From: Candidatus Omnitrophota bacterium
GTDB taxonomy: Bacteria; Omnitrophota; Gorgyraeia; Gorgyraeales; Gorgyraeaceae
Assembly (NCBI GenBank): GCA_043814965.1
Contig: JBDRJN010000014.1
Span: 3,084 to 67,083 of the forward strand
Length of the DNA stretch: 64,000 nucleotides
Direction: 5' to 3'
In this document: positions 55,649 through 64,000 of the stretch, piece after piece
Numbering within the stretch: position 1 is the stretch's first letter
Layout of the letters: each line of letters starts with the position of its first letter
Made by a program: the position numbers and the translations under genes
The notes under the pieces: generated by a model
The model's input: the letters and a program-made list of their open reading frames with translations, nothing else
Databases searched by the model: none
What the model was told of the DNA's origin: nothing

Positions 55649-56341
55649 ATGGACAAAGACCAAGCAAAAAGTATAATAGAGGCGATGTTTTTTGTAACTG
55701 ATAAACCTTTGTTTATAAATGAGATAAAAGGTGTATTGGAGGAATTTGACGCAGTCACTGTGAGGGGCATAATCGCTGATCTTGCAAAAGATTATGAAGA
55801 TACAAACAGGTCCTTCAGGATAAGAGAGATCGCAGGAGGATTTCAGATAGTAACAGACCCTAATCTGGCGCCATGGCTTAAGAGATTATACAAGACTTCT
55901 GGCGCTGACAGACTAACAGGGCCTAGCCTGGAGACCCTTGCGATAATAGCATATAAGCAGCCTGTCACGAAACCGGAAATAGAAGCAATAAGGGGTGTTA
56001 ATGTAGATGGTGTCTTAAAGACATTGGTCGAAAAGAACTTAGTAAAGATAGCAGGCAGAAGAGAGACTCCAGGTCGTCCTATTTTATATGGGACTACTCA
56101 GGAGTTTTTGCAATATTTCGGGCTCAACTCTCTTGAAGAGCTGCCGAGACTTGAAGAATTCCATGTGACAGAAGAAGATATAGAGCTCCCAGAGCACCTC
56201 AAGAAAGATAAAGAGGAAGTTTTTCAGATGGAGCCTAGCGCTGGACCAGAAGTGGATAATATAGATATAAAAGAAGAAAGCACACAAGATCCGGAAGGAT
56301 CAAATAAGGAGAATGGAAATGAAACTATCTTTCCTTCGTAA
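55649..56341 (+). CDS. scpB: Segregation and condensation protein B
   Basis: LETLAIIAYKQP, IRGV, GRPILYGTT. Confidence 0.95.
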   Translation: MDKDQAKSIIEAMFFVTDKPLFINEIKGVLEEFDAVTVRGIIADLAKDYEDTNRSFRIREIAGGFQIVTDPNLAPWLKRLYKTSGADRLTGPSLETLAIIAYKQPVTKPEIEAIRGVNVDGVLKTLVEKNLVKIAGRRETPGRPILYGTTQEFLQYFGLNSLEELPRLEEFHVTEEDIELPEHLKKDKEEVFQMEPSAGPEVDNIDIKEESTQDPEGSNKENGNETIFPS

Positions 56342-57383
56342 AAAAATAGATTCTATTGATAGCGAACTGATCAGTCTTTTGAATAAAAGAGCTGATCTAG
56401 CAAAGGATGCCGGAAAGATCAAAGACCGTAGCGGAAGCGGAGTATATGTACCTAACAGGGAAGCAAAGATCTATTCTAATATCTTGAAAAAAAATAAAGG
56501 CCCTCTTTCAAACGATGCTCTTAAAGCTATATATAGAGAGGTCATGTCAGGTTCTCTTGCGCTTGAAAAAGACCTTAATATTGCATACCTTGGGCCAGAA
56601 GCGACATTTACTAATCTAGCAGCAATAAAAAAATTCGGAAGCCAGGTAAAGTACTCTCCTTGCAATAGTATTACCGGAGTCTTTAGAGATGTCGAAGTCG
56701 GCAAGTCCGATTATGGTGTGGTGCCTGTAGAGAACTCAGTGGAAGGAGCAGTAAGCCATACCTTGGATATGTTTATAGATTCTGATTTGAAGATATGTTC
56801 CGAGGTCTTACTGGATATATCCCATAATCTTATAGGGAAAAGCAGCATAAAGGCTGTAAAAAGGGTCTATTCAAATCCTAATGTCTTTGGCCAATGTAGA
56901 ATTTGGCTTGATTCACACTTGCCTTATGCAGAGCAAGTGGAAGTCCCTTCTACAAGCAAGGCCGCAGAGATAGCGTCACGGGAAAAAGGCAGTGCAGCTA
57001 TTGCCAGCATCCTGGCCGCGGAAAAATACAAACTAAGGGTCTTGGAAAAAGATATAGAAGATAGCGCTAACAATATTACCCGCTTTCTTGTTATAGGCCA
57101 ACACATACCTTCTCCTACGAAGAATGATAAGACATCAGTGATGTTCTATGGAAAAGAAAGAATAGGCGCTCTTCACGATATGCTGGGGCCTTTCAAAAAG
57201 AACAAGATAAATTTGACCAAGATAGAATCACGTCCTTCTAAAAAGAAGGTCTGGGAGTATTATTTCTTCGTGGACATGGAAGGGCACTATGAAGATAAAA
57301 GCGTCAAAAAAGCATTGAAAGAACTTGAAAATTTAAAAGGGATCTATCTAAAGATATTAGGTTCTTATCCAATAGGTGTATAA
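56313..57383 (+). CDS. pheA: Chorismate mutase/prephenate dehydratase
   Basis: LRKKIDSID, YLGPEATF, PVENSVEG, NITRF, IESRP. Confidence 0.95.
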   Translation: MEMKLSFLRKKIDSIDSELISLLNKRADLAKDAGKIKDRSGSGVYVPNREAKIYSNILKKNKGPLSNDALKAIYREVMSGSLALEKDLNIAYLGPEATFTNLAAIKKFGSQVKYSPCNSITGVFRDVEVGKSDYGVVPVENSVEGAVSHTLDMFIDSDLKICSEVLLDISHNLIGKSSIKAVKRVYSNPNVFGQCRIWLDSHLPYAEQVEVPSTSKAAEIASREKGSAAIASILAAEKYKLRVLEKDIEDSANNITRFLVIGQHIPSPTKNDKTSVMFYGKERIGALHDMLGPFKKNKINLTKIESRPSKKKVWEYYFFVDMEGHYEDKSVKKALKELENLKGIYLKILGSYPIGV

Positions 57384-57385
57384 TT

Positions 57386-58462
57386 ATGGTACCACGTAAA
57401 GCGATAGTAGATATAAAACCCTATCAACCAGGAAAACCTATAGAAGAGGTAAAGAGGGAACTAGGTTTGAGGGACGTCATAAAGATGGCTTCGAATGAAA
57501 ATCCTTTCGGGCCTTCCCCCAAGGCTGTTTCTTCTATCAAAAGACACCTCAACACCATAAACAGGTACCCAGAAGGAAGCTGTTTTTACCTCAGACAAGC
57601 TGTTTCTAAAAGGTTAAAGATAAAACAGGAACAGCTTATTTTTGGTAATGGTTCGGATGAGCTTATAGTCTTGGCTTGCCGGGCTTTTTTAAATGAAGGT
57701 GATGAAGTAATAGTAACAAGCCCTAGTTTTTTGATATACGAGATAGCCTCTTTGGCGCAAGGGGCAAAGGTCAAAAAGATACCAACAAGGTATTTTAAAT
57801 ACGACCTTCCAGCCATGAAAAAGGCTATATCAAAGAATACCAAGATCTGCTTTATTGCAAATCCGGATAATCCCAACGGTACTTATGTCTCGAAGATAGA
57901 GCTAGAGATCTTCTTAAAGGACTTACCGGAAGGAGTCCTTGTTTTTATAGATGAGGCGTATTCTGATTTTGTTGAAGAAAAAGACTATCCAAATGGCCTG
58001 GATTATATATCGAGGGGAAATGTGGTTGTAACGAGAAGTTTTTCAAAGTCATACGGGCTTGCAGGCTTAAGAATAGGCTATGGAGTATCAAGCCCTGAGA
58101 TCATTAAATACATGGAAGCTGTAAAAGAGCCGTTTAATATTAATTCCATTGCTCAGGCAGCAGCGCTTGGGGCATTGAAAGATAAAGAGTTCCTCTCTAA
58201 GGTAAAGAGGCTTACAAGGATAGGCCGGAAGTTTTTATATGAAGAGATAAAGAAAATGGGTTTGAGATATATCCCCAGCGTTACCAACTTTGTATTGGTC
58301 GAGATAGGCCAAGATAGCGATCTAGTCTGCAAGAAGCTTTTAAAAAAAGGCATTATTATAAGGGATATGAATGCCTGGAACATGAATGGCTTTATAAGGG
58401 TCACTGTTGGTACTGATAAGGAAAACAAGAGATTTATTAAAGAGCTAAAAAAGATAGTATAA
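57386..58462 (+). CDS. hisC: Histidinol-phosphate/aromatic aminotransferase
   Basis: KMASNENP, GNGSDE, DEAY, RSFSKSYGLAGLRIG. Confidence 0.92.
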   Translation: MVPRKAIVDIKPYQPGKPIEEVKRELGLRDVIKMASNENPFGPSPKAVSSIKRHLNTINRYPEGSCFYLRQAVSKRLKIKQEQLIFGNGSDELIVLACRAFLNEGDEVIVTSPSFLIYEIASLAQGAKVKKIPTRYFKYDLPAMKKAISKNTKICFIANPDNPNGTYVSKIELEIFLKDLPEGVLVFIDEAYSDFVEEKDYPNGLDYISRGNVVVTRSFSKSYGLAGLRIGYGVSSPEIIKYMEAVKEPFNINSIAQAAALGALKDKEFLSKVKRLTRIGRKFLYEEIKKMGLRYIPSVTNFVLVEIGQDSDLVCKKLLKKGIIIRDMNAWNMNGFIRVTVGTDKENKRFIKELKKIV

Positions 58463-58586
58463 AAAATCAAAAATAAAAATGCAAAATGACAAATTAAAGT
58501 TAAAAAATAAATAGCCCAACATATAGACAAGCTATAATTTTATATTTTGATTTGTAATTTTGATATTTAATCTTTAATTTTTAATT
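58463..58586. repeat. Heptamer-array hairpin (AAAATCA/TTTTGAT family)
   Basis: AAAATCA AAAATAA AAATGCA AAATGAC ... TTTTGAT TTGTAAT TTTGATA TTTAATC TTTAATT TTTAATT. Confidence 0.75.
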
Positions 58587-58603
58587 AAAAAAGAGGTGTT
58601 TAT

Positions 58604-59617
58604 ATGATAGTTGTCTTAAAACCAGGCGCAAAGAAAAAAGATATAGACCATCTCATAGAAAAGATAAAAAAGCTCGGACTCAAACCAATGGTCTCGCGCG
58701 GAGTAGAGAGGACTATTATAGGGATTATTGGCGAGGAAGATATATTAAGGGTCCAGCCTCTTGAGGTGTATCCAGGAGTTGAAAAAGTAGTTCCGATATT
58801 AAAGCCTTACAAGCTTGTTTCCAGGGAATTCAGGGCTGAAGATAGCATAGTTGATGTAGATGGGGTAAAAATAGGAGGCAAAAAAGTTGTAATAATGGCC
58901 GGGCCTTGTTCGGTAGAGAGTTTTAAAGGGCTTTTGACCATTGCTAAAAAAGTAAAAGATTCCGGGGCAGTTATATTGAGAGGGGGGGCTTTTAAACCAA
59001 GGACTTCTCCTTATAGTTTCCAAGGGCTCGGAGAAGAGGGGCTTAAGTATTTAAAGGAAGTAAAAGAAAAAACAGGATTAAAGATAGTCACTGAGATAAT
59101 GGATACGCGTGATGTAGAGCTTGTCGAGAAATATGCTGATATATTGCAGGTAGGAGCAAGGAATATGCAAAATTTTAATCTCTTAAAAGAAGTAGGGCTT
59201 TCTAAAAAACCGGTACTTCTTAAAAGAGGCATATCAGCGACTATAAAAGAATTATTGATGTCAGCAGAATATGTGCTTGCGAATGGAAATTTCAATTGCA
59301 TGTTATGCGAAAGAGGTATAAGGACGTTCGAGACTTCTACTAGATTTACTTTGGATCTTAATGCAGTGCCTCTTATAAAGAAGATGACTCATCTGCCTGT
59401 GATAGTCGATCCAAGCCACGGTACTGGAAAATACTCCCTCGTGCCTAGCATGGCAAAGGCTGCTATAGCTGCTGGTGCAGATGGTTTGATAGTGGAAGTG
59501 CATGATAGTCCGGAAGAGGCGTATTCAGATGGAGAGCAGTCGCTTGTACCTAAGAAATTCAACAAGATGATGAAGGAATTAGAGGCTGTGGCCAAGGCAG
59601 TGGGCCGAACAATATGA
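58604..59617 (+). CDS. aroF: DAHP synthase, class I-beta with N-terminal regulatory domain
   Basis: [32 protein letters not shown]. Confidence 0.95.
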   Translation: MIVVLKPGAKKKDIDHLIEKIKKLGLKPMVSRGVERTIIGIIGEEDILRVQPLEVYPGVEKVVPILKPYKLVSREFRAEDSIVDVDGVKIGGKKVVIMAGPCSVESFKGLLTIAKKVKDSGAVILRGGAFKPRTSPYSFQGLGEEGLKYLKEVKEKTGLKIVTEIMDTRDVELVEKYADILQVGARNMQNFNLLKEVGLSKKPVLLKRGISATIKELLMSAEYVLANGNFNCMLCERGIRTFETSTRFTLDLNAVPLIKKMTHLPVIVDPSHGTGKYSLVPSMAKAAIAAGADGLIVEVHDSPEEAYSDGEQSLVPKKFNKMMKELEAVAKAVGRTI

Positions 59618-59635
59618 AAGGTGAATAGAATGGGC

Positions 59636-59681
59636 TGCAAGTTACACGTTACATGTGTCTTGTGTCTTGAAACTTATGACC
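59636..59681. repeat. Short heptamer hairpin (CACAAG/CTTGTG family)
   Basis: TGCAAGT TACACGT TACATGT GTCTTGT GTCTTGA AACTTAT GAC. Confidence 0.7.
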
Positions 59682-59702
59682 CCATGTATATTTAATGGAA
59701 TC

Positions 59703-60539
59703 ATGTTTAAGCGTATAACAATAATCGGTCTTGGGTTGATCGGCGGATCGCTCGCGAAGGTCATAAAGGCCAAACACCTGGCAAAACAAGTTGTAGGTGT
59801 TTCCCGCAGGAAAAGTACTATCCAGAAGGCAAAGTCTCTTAAGATAGTGGATCTTGCAACATTAGACCTTAAAGAAGGCGTAAAGGATTCAGACCTTATT
59901 ATCTTATGTTCGCCTGTTTTGACCATAATCGATCTAGCTAAAAAGATAGCGCCTTTTTTAAAAAAAGGCGCTATAGTAACTGACGCAGGCAGCACAAAAG
60001 AAAATATTGTAAAGGAAGTGAAAAAGGTACTCGGAGGAGAAAACTACTTTGTAGGGTCACATCCTATAGCAGGCTCTGAAAAATCAGGTATCATATACGG
60101 AAATAAAGAGCTTTTTAGGGACGCGTATTGCGTGATAATAAGAGCCAAGAATACAAATAAAATGGCTTTTAACAAGGTAGAAAGATTCTGGAAGGCTGTT
60201 GGCATGAAGACAAAAAAGATGACAGCCAAAGAGCATGATCGTATCGTCTCTAGGCTTAGTCACCTGCCTCATATTGTTAGCGTAGCATTAGTGAATAGTT
60301 CCGGTGATCTAGGACTATCTCTTGCAGCGGGTGGATTTAAAGATACTACAAGGATAGCTTCAGGGAGCCCTGAGCTATGGGGAGATATATTCGTTACCAA
60401 TAGAGCCAATATAATAAAAGATATAAGGTCTTTTAAAAAAGAACTCAAAAAACTAGAGAAGTCTCTTATTAAAAATAACGAAAAGGATCTAAAGAGGCTC
60501 TTAGAAAAAGCAAAAAAATTTAGGGATTCTATTTTGTAA
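59703..60539 (+). CDS. tyrA: Prephenate/arogenate dehydrogenase
   Basis: IGLGLIGGS, DAGSTK, HPIAGSE, SHLPH, DTTRIA; ATG 59703. Confidence 0.93.
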   Translation: MFKRITIIGLGLIGGSLAKVIKAKHLAKQVVGVSRRKSTIQKAKSLKIVDLATLDLKEGVKDSDLIILCSPVLTIIDLAKKIAPFLKKGAIVTDAGSTKENIVKEVKKVLGGENYFVGSHPIAGSEKSGIIYGNKELFRDAYCVIIRAKNTNKMAFNKVERFWKAVGMKTKKMTAKEHDRIVSRLSHLPHIVSVALVNSSGDLGLSLAAGGFKDTTRIASGSPELWGDIFVTNRANIIKDIRSFKKELKKLEKSLIKNNEKDLKRLLEKAKKFRDSIL

Positions 60540-61171
60540 TGTTCTATTCGTTCGCAGTAGCTTTATTATATTTTTTATTCAAGGCATTTTTTCGCTTAAA
60601 GATATCTGGCCAGGAGAATATTCCCAGAGAAGGGGCCTTGATCATAGCCTCAAATCATGTTAGTTTTTTTGATCCTGTGGTCGTAGGAATAAGTTCTCCC
60701 AGAAAATTGAATTTTATGGCCAGAGAAAGCCTATTTGAGAACAAGCTCTTTGCCAAGATAATAACAGCCCTTAATACTTTTCCAGTAAATAGGGATGGTT
60801 CTGATCCGAGTGCTTTTAAGACAGCATTGGATAAGCTTATAAATCAGAATGCATTGCTTTTATTTCCGGAAGGGACCAGGTCTCCTGATGGGTCTCTTCA
60901 AGCACCAAAAAAAGGGATAGGTTTTTTGGTATCAAAATCTAAGGCAAAAGTACTGCCTTGCTTTATAAAAGGCACAGATGAAGCCTGGCCTAAAGATTTA
61001 AGTTTTCCAAGGCCTAAACCTATAACTATACATTTTGGTAAAGTAATAGATTTTAATGGGAGCCAGCTAGAAGAGGAGCTGGATAAAAAGAAAGCTTATT
61101 CGTATATAGCCAATAAAGTCATGGAAGCAATAGGTGAGTTGAGAAAAGATGCAGATAGAAGTAGCGGGTAA
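60539..61171 (+). CDS. plsC: 1-acyl-sn-glycerol-3-phosphate acyltransferase
   Basis: NHVSFFD, FPEGTRS. Confidence 0.9.
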   Translation: MFYSFAVALLYFLFKAFFRLKISGQENIPREGALIIASNHVSFFDPVVVGISSPRKLNFMARESLFENKLFAKIITALNTFPVNRDGSDPSAFKTALDKLINQNALLLFPEGTRSPDGSLQAPKKGIGFLVSKSKAKVLPCFIKGTDEAWPKDLSFPRPKPITIHFGKVIDFNGSQLEEELDKKKAYSYIANKVMEAIGELRKDADRSSG

Positions 61172-61955
61172 AATAGGTTTTTGTTTTGGGGTGAAAAGGG
61201 CTATCAAAATAGCCGAAAGGACTATTCGGGGATCCAGAGATAAAAAAAATATATATTCTCTGGGAGCCATTATCCATAATCCTCAAGTCGTAGAACAGCT
61301 TTCGAAAAAAGGGCTTGAAGTAATAAAAGACCCTAAGATAATAAAAAGCGGGACAGTTATAATATCAAGCCACGGTGCACCAAAACGTATAATAGAAGAA
61401 CTTAGGGTAAGGAATATATCTATAGTCGACGCTACTTGCCCTTTTGTAAAATATGCTCAGGAGATAGTAAAGGGCCTAAAGAAAAAAGATTATAAGATAG
61501 AGATAGTGGGTGATAAACATCATCCTGAAGTAAAGGCCCTTTTGAGTTTGGCTGGAAATAGGCCTAAAGGCAAGAAGATAGGCATTGTATCGCAGACAAC
61601 ACAGAATAAGTACAATTATCTTAACCAGATACAGTGTATATTACAAAAAGATTTTACGGAAGTAAGGATATTTAACACTATCTGCAATGACACGTCGCAA
61701 AGGCAAGTACTTGCGCGCGATCTTCTAGCAAGATGCGACGTGATGATAGTGATTGGTGGCAAGAACAGCGCGAACACCAAGAGGTTATGGCAAATCTGCA
61801 AGGAAAGAGGGGTGGATAGTTATCACATAGAACTTGATTCAGAACTTAAAAGAAGTTTTTTTAAAAATAAAAGACGTGTAGGAGTAGTAAGTGGAGCTTC
61901 TACGCCGAATAGTATGGTAGAAAAGGTAGTAGACAAAATAAAAAACATTAAATAA
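61149..61955 (+). CDS. ispH: HMBPP reductase
   Basis: GFCFGV, HNPQVV, SHG, DATCP, HPEV, TICNDT, SANT, GASTP. Confidence 0.95.
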   Translation: MQIEVAGKIGFCFGVKRAIKIAERTIRGSRDKKNIYSLGAIIHNPQVVEQLSKKGLEVIKDPKIIKSGTVIISSHGAPKRIIEELRVRNISIVDATCPFVKYAQEIVKGLKKKDYKIEIVGDKHHPEVKALLSLAGNRPKGKKIGIVSQTTQNKYNYLNQIQCILQKDFTEVRIFNTICNDTSQRQVLARDLLARCDVMIVIGGKNSANTKRLWQICKERGVDSYHIELDSELKRSFFKNKRRVGVVSGASTPNSMVEKVVDKIKNIK

Positions 61956-61960
61956 CAATG

Positions 61961-62000
61961 GTCACAAGTCACATGCGGCTTGTGGCTTGAAACTTGTGAC
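61961..62000. repeat. Short heptamer hairpin (CACAAG/CTTGTG family)
   Basis: GTCACAAGTCACATGCGGCTTGTGGCTTGAAACTTGTGAC. Confidence 0.75.
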
Positions 62001-62024
62001 TTAATAAGAGGGGAGTTTTAGATC

Positions 62025-63617
62025 ATGGTAAAGAACACAGATGAACAAGAAAAGGCAGCTAGCACGGAAGAGATATTTGATCTAAAGTCAGCTTACGAAA
62101 AGACATTCCGCAGGATCGCTGAAGGCGATATAGTAAAAGGCAAGGTTATTGCTATAGGCAAGAAGGAGGTTTATGTAGATCTTGGCTATAAGTCCGAAGG
62201 GATGATACAACTATCAGAATTCGATGAATCAAATAGCGTTAATATCGGAGATGAATTTGAGGTTTTGGTCGAGTCTAAGGAAAACGAAGATGGTCTGATA
62301 GTCGTTTCCAAGAAAAAGGCAGAAAAGACCCAGGGATGGACCAAGCTTGTCAATAGGTATAAAGAAGAGGACTTTATCGAAGGCAAGGTCGTACGAAAAG
62401 TAAAGGGCGGCCTCATGGTAGATATAGGGATGGAGGCCTTTCTTCCAGCGTCTTTGGTGACCCTGAAAGGTTTTGGCAATGTAAATCAGATCATTGGCCA
62501 GAATATGATGTTCAAGATAGTCAAGATGAATAAACTTAGAAAAAATATAGTCCTTTCCAGGAAAGACGCTATATTAAAGGAAAGAGAAGAATCTAAGAGT
62601 AAGATCATAAATGAATTAAAGGTAAACGAGATCAGGAAAGGCACTGTTAAAAATATCACTGATTTTGGCGCATTTATCGATCTTGGAGGGATTGACGGAC
62701 TCCTGCATATTACTGACATGAACTGGGGAAGGATATCTCATCCCAGCGAGATGTTAGCTATAGGAGACAGCGTAGAGGTCATGGTGCTGAGCTTTGATAA
62801 GGAATCTTCAAAGGTCTCTCTTGGCCTTAAACAAAAGAGCGAAAGCCCATGGAAAGATGTTGATGCAAAATACTCGATAGGTTCAAAGGTCAAAGGCAAG
62901 GTCGTAAATATAGTCCCATACGGAGCTTTTGTAGAATTAGAAAGAGGAGTGGAAGGGCTGGTCCACATATCAGAACTTTCATGGACAACCAGGATAAACA
63001 ATCCAAGCGAGGTCCTTGCAATAGGTGATATAGTAGAGGCTATAGTGTTGAGCGTAGACAAAGACAATCAAAAGATATCTCTTGGTATAAAGCAGATCGA
63101 GTCTAATCCCTGGCTCGAGGTAAAGGAAAGATTTTCTTCTGGCACAAAAGTGGAAGGCAAGGTCAGGAATCTTACTGACTATGGAGCTTTTGTAGAGCTA
63201 GAAGGAGGTTTTGAGGGTTTCGTCCATATAAGTGATATGTCATGGACAAAAAAGATCAATAGCCCTAAGGATATCCTGAAAAAAGGGCAGAAGGTTGAAG
63301 TAGTGATCCTTTCTGTTGATTCTGAGGCTCAGCGGATATCTCTTGGGATAAAACAGCTTACCTCTGATTCTTGGCCTGAGATATTAAAAAAATATAGCCT
63401 TGGTACTAGCTGTGAAGGAGCAATATCAAGCATTACTAACTTTGGCCTATTCGTAGATCTGGAAGAAGACCTTAAAGGGCTGGTCCATATATCAGAGCTG
63501 GAGCTTGAGCCATCAAAGACCCTTGAAGAGTCTTATAAGGTAGGAGATAAAGTTGAAGTAATAGTCATAAAGATAGATGACGTGGAAAGAAAAATAGGAT
63601 TGAGTTTAAAAAAATAA
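62025..63617 (+). CDS. rpsA: 30S ribosomal protein S1
   Basis: Six S1 repeats (e.g. [18 protein letters not shown]). Confidence 0.97.
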   Translation: MVKNTDEQEKAASTEEIFDLKSAYEKTFRRIAEGDIVKGKVIAIGKKEVYVDLGYKSEGMIQLSEFDESNSVNIGDEFEVLVESKENEDGLIVVSKKKAEKTQGWTKLVNRYKEEDFIEGKVVRKVKGGLMVDIGMEAFLPASLVTLKGFGNVNQIIGQNMMFKIVKMNKLRKNIVLSRKDAILKEREESKSKIINELKVNEIRKGTVKNITDFGAFIDLGGIDGLLHITDMNWGRISHPSEMLAIGDSVEVMVLSFDKESSKVSLGLKQKSESPWKDVDAKYSIGSKVKGKVVNIVPYGAFVELERGVEGLVHISELSWTTRINNPSEVLAIGDIVEAIVLSVDKDNQKISLGIKQIESNPWLEVKERFSSGTKVEGKVRNLTDYGAFVELEGGFEGFVHISDMSWTKKINSPKDILKKGQKVEVVILSVDSEAQRISLGIKQLTSDSWPEILKKYSLGTSCEGAISSITNFGLFVDLEEDLKGLVHISELELEPSKTLEESYKVGDKVEVIVIKIDDVERKIGLSLKK

Positions 63618-63621
63618 ACAT

Positions 63622-63675
63622 GACACAAGCCACAGGCCACAAGATACATGGGTCATGTGTCTTGAAACTTGTGAC
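63622..63675. repeat. Short heptamer hairpin (CACAAG/CTTGTG family)
   Basis: GACACAA GCCACAG GCCACAA GATACAT GGGTCAT GTGTCTT GAAACTT GTGAC. Confidence 0.75.
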
Positions 63676-63684
63676 GGGTATATT

Positions 63685-64000
63685 ATGGACATTAAAAAAC
63701 AATTAGACCTTATAAAGCGCGGCGTGGTTGAGGTGATCTCCGAAAAGGAGCTTATCAAGAAGCTGGAAAAAAATAAACCTTTGATAATAAAGGCTGGTTT
63801 TGATCCCAGCGCGCCGGATTTACATCTAGGCCATACAGTGCTTTTGCGTAAGCTCAGGCACTTTCAGGACCTCGGGCATATAGTTTATTTTCTTATAGGG
63901 GATTTTACCGGCATGATAGGTGACCCAACTGGTAGGAGCGAGATAAGAAAGCGCCTTACTGAAAAAGAGGTCAAGGAAAATGCCAAGACCTATCAAAAAC
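63685..64000 (+). CDS. tyrS: Tyrosine--tRNA ligase, 3'-truncated by window edge
   Basis: Translated by hand: [13 protein letters not shown]...[15 protein letters not shown]...[15 protein letters not shown]. Confidence 0.93.
   Translation, partial: MDIKKQLDLIKRGVVEVISEKELIKKLEKNKPLIIKAGFDPSAPDLHLGHTVLLRKLRHFQDLGHIVYFLIGDFTGMIGDPTGRSEIRKRLTEKEVKENAKTYQK

Noticed and set aside
59655-59702. N-terminal extension of tyrA given in the ORF track (likewise rimP from 49872 and lptC from 22167)
   Set aside because: The upstream starts fall in repeat or leader sequence or in the previous gene; homology begins at the downstream ATG.
96-63067. Numerous minus-strand ORFs of 60-267 aa (e.g. 48111-48914, 10423-11025, 3887-4468)
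   Set aside because: Nearly all lie antisense to well-supported + strand genes, are Ser/Phe/Ile-rich shadows of the codon bias, and show no recognisable motifs.

Overview
A gene-dense, AT-rich (roughly 38% GC by eye) bacterial chromosome segment with every credible gene on the + strand. Gene content and the giant-protein architecture suggest a PVC-superphylum organism, most likely Omnitrophota (inference). In order: an LPS cluster (lpxK, an LpxL-ELM1 fusion, a GT4-GT9 fusion, three further GT9s, a heptose kinase, kdsBADC, lpxL, lptC/A, lptB) interrupted by a two-component module; tig-clpP; serine, purine and pyrophosphatase genes; uppS-cdsA-dxr-rseP-ispG-proS; an 8.2-kb gene for a 2740-aa exported protein built from divergent enzyme-like modules; rimP-nusA-infB; trpS-scpAB; pheA-hisC-aroF-tyrA; plsC-ispH-rpsA; and the start of tyrS. 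Two things stand out. First, the giant secreted protein contains an EreA/ChaN-like head, a wHTH, a degenerate phosphoglycerate kinase, a degenerate zincin and an NDP-sugar pyrophosphorylase-like module, with in-frame DNA repeats at module borders. Second, several families of small repeats (7-bp-period arrays and hairpins, a 20-bp palindrome, REP-like hairpins) occupy gene junctions, and some sit in frame inside ispG and proS. No rRNA, tRNA, CRISPR array, transposase or integrase was recognised. All family assignments are by motif recognition; no searches were run.
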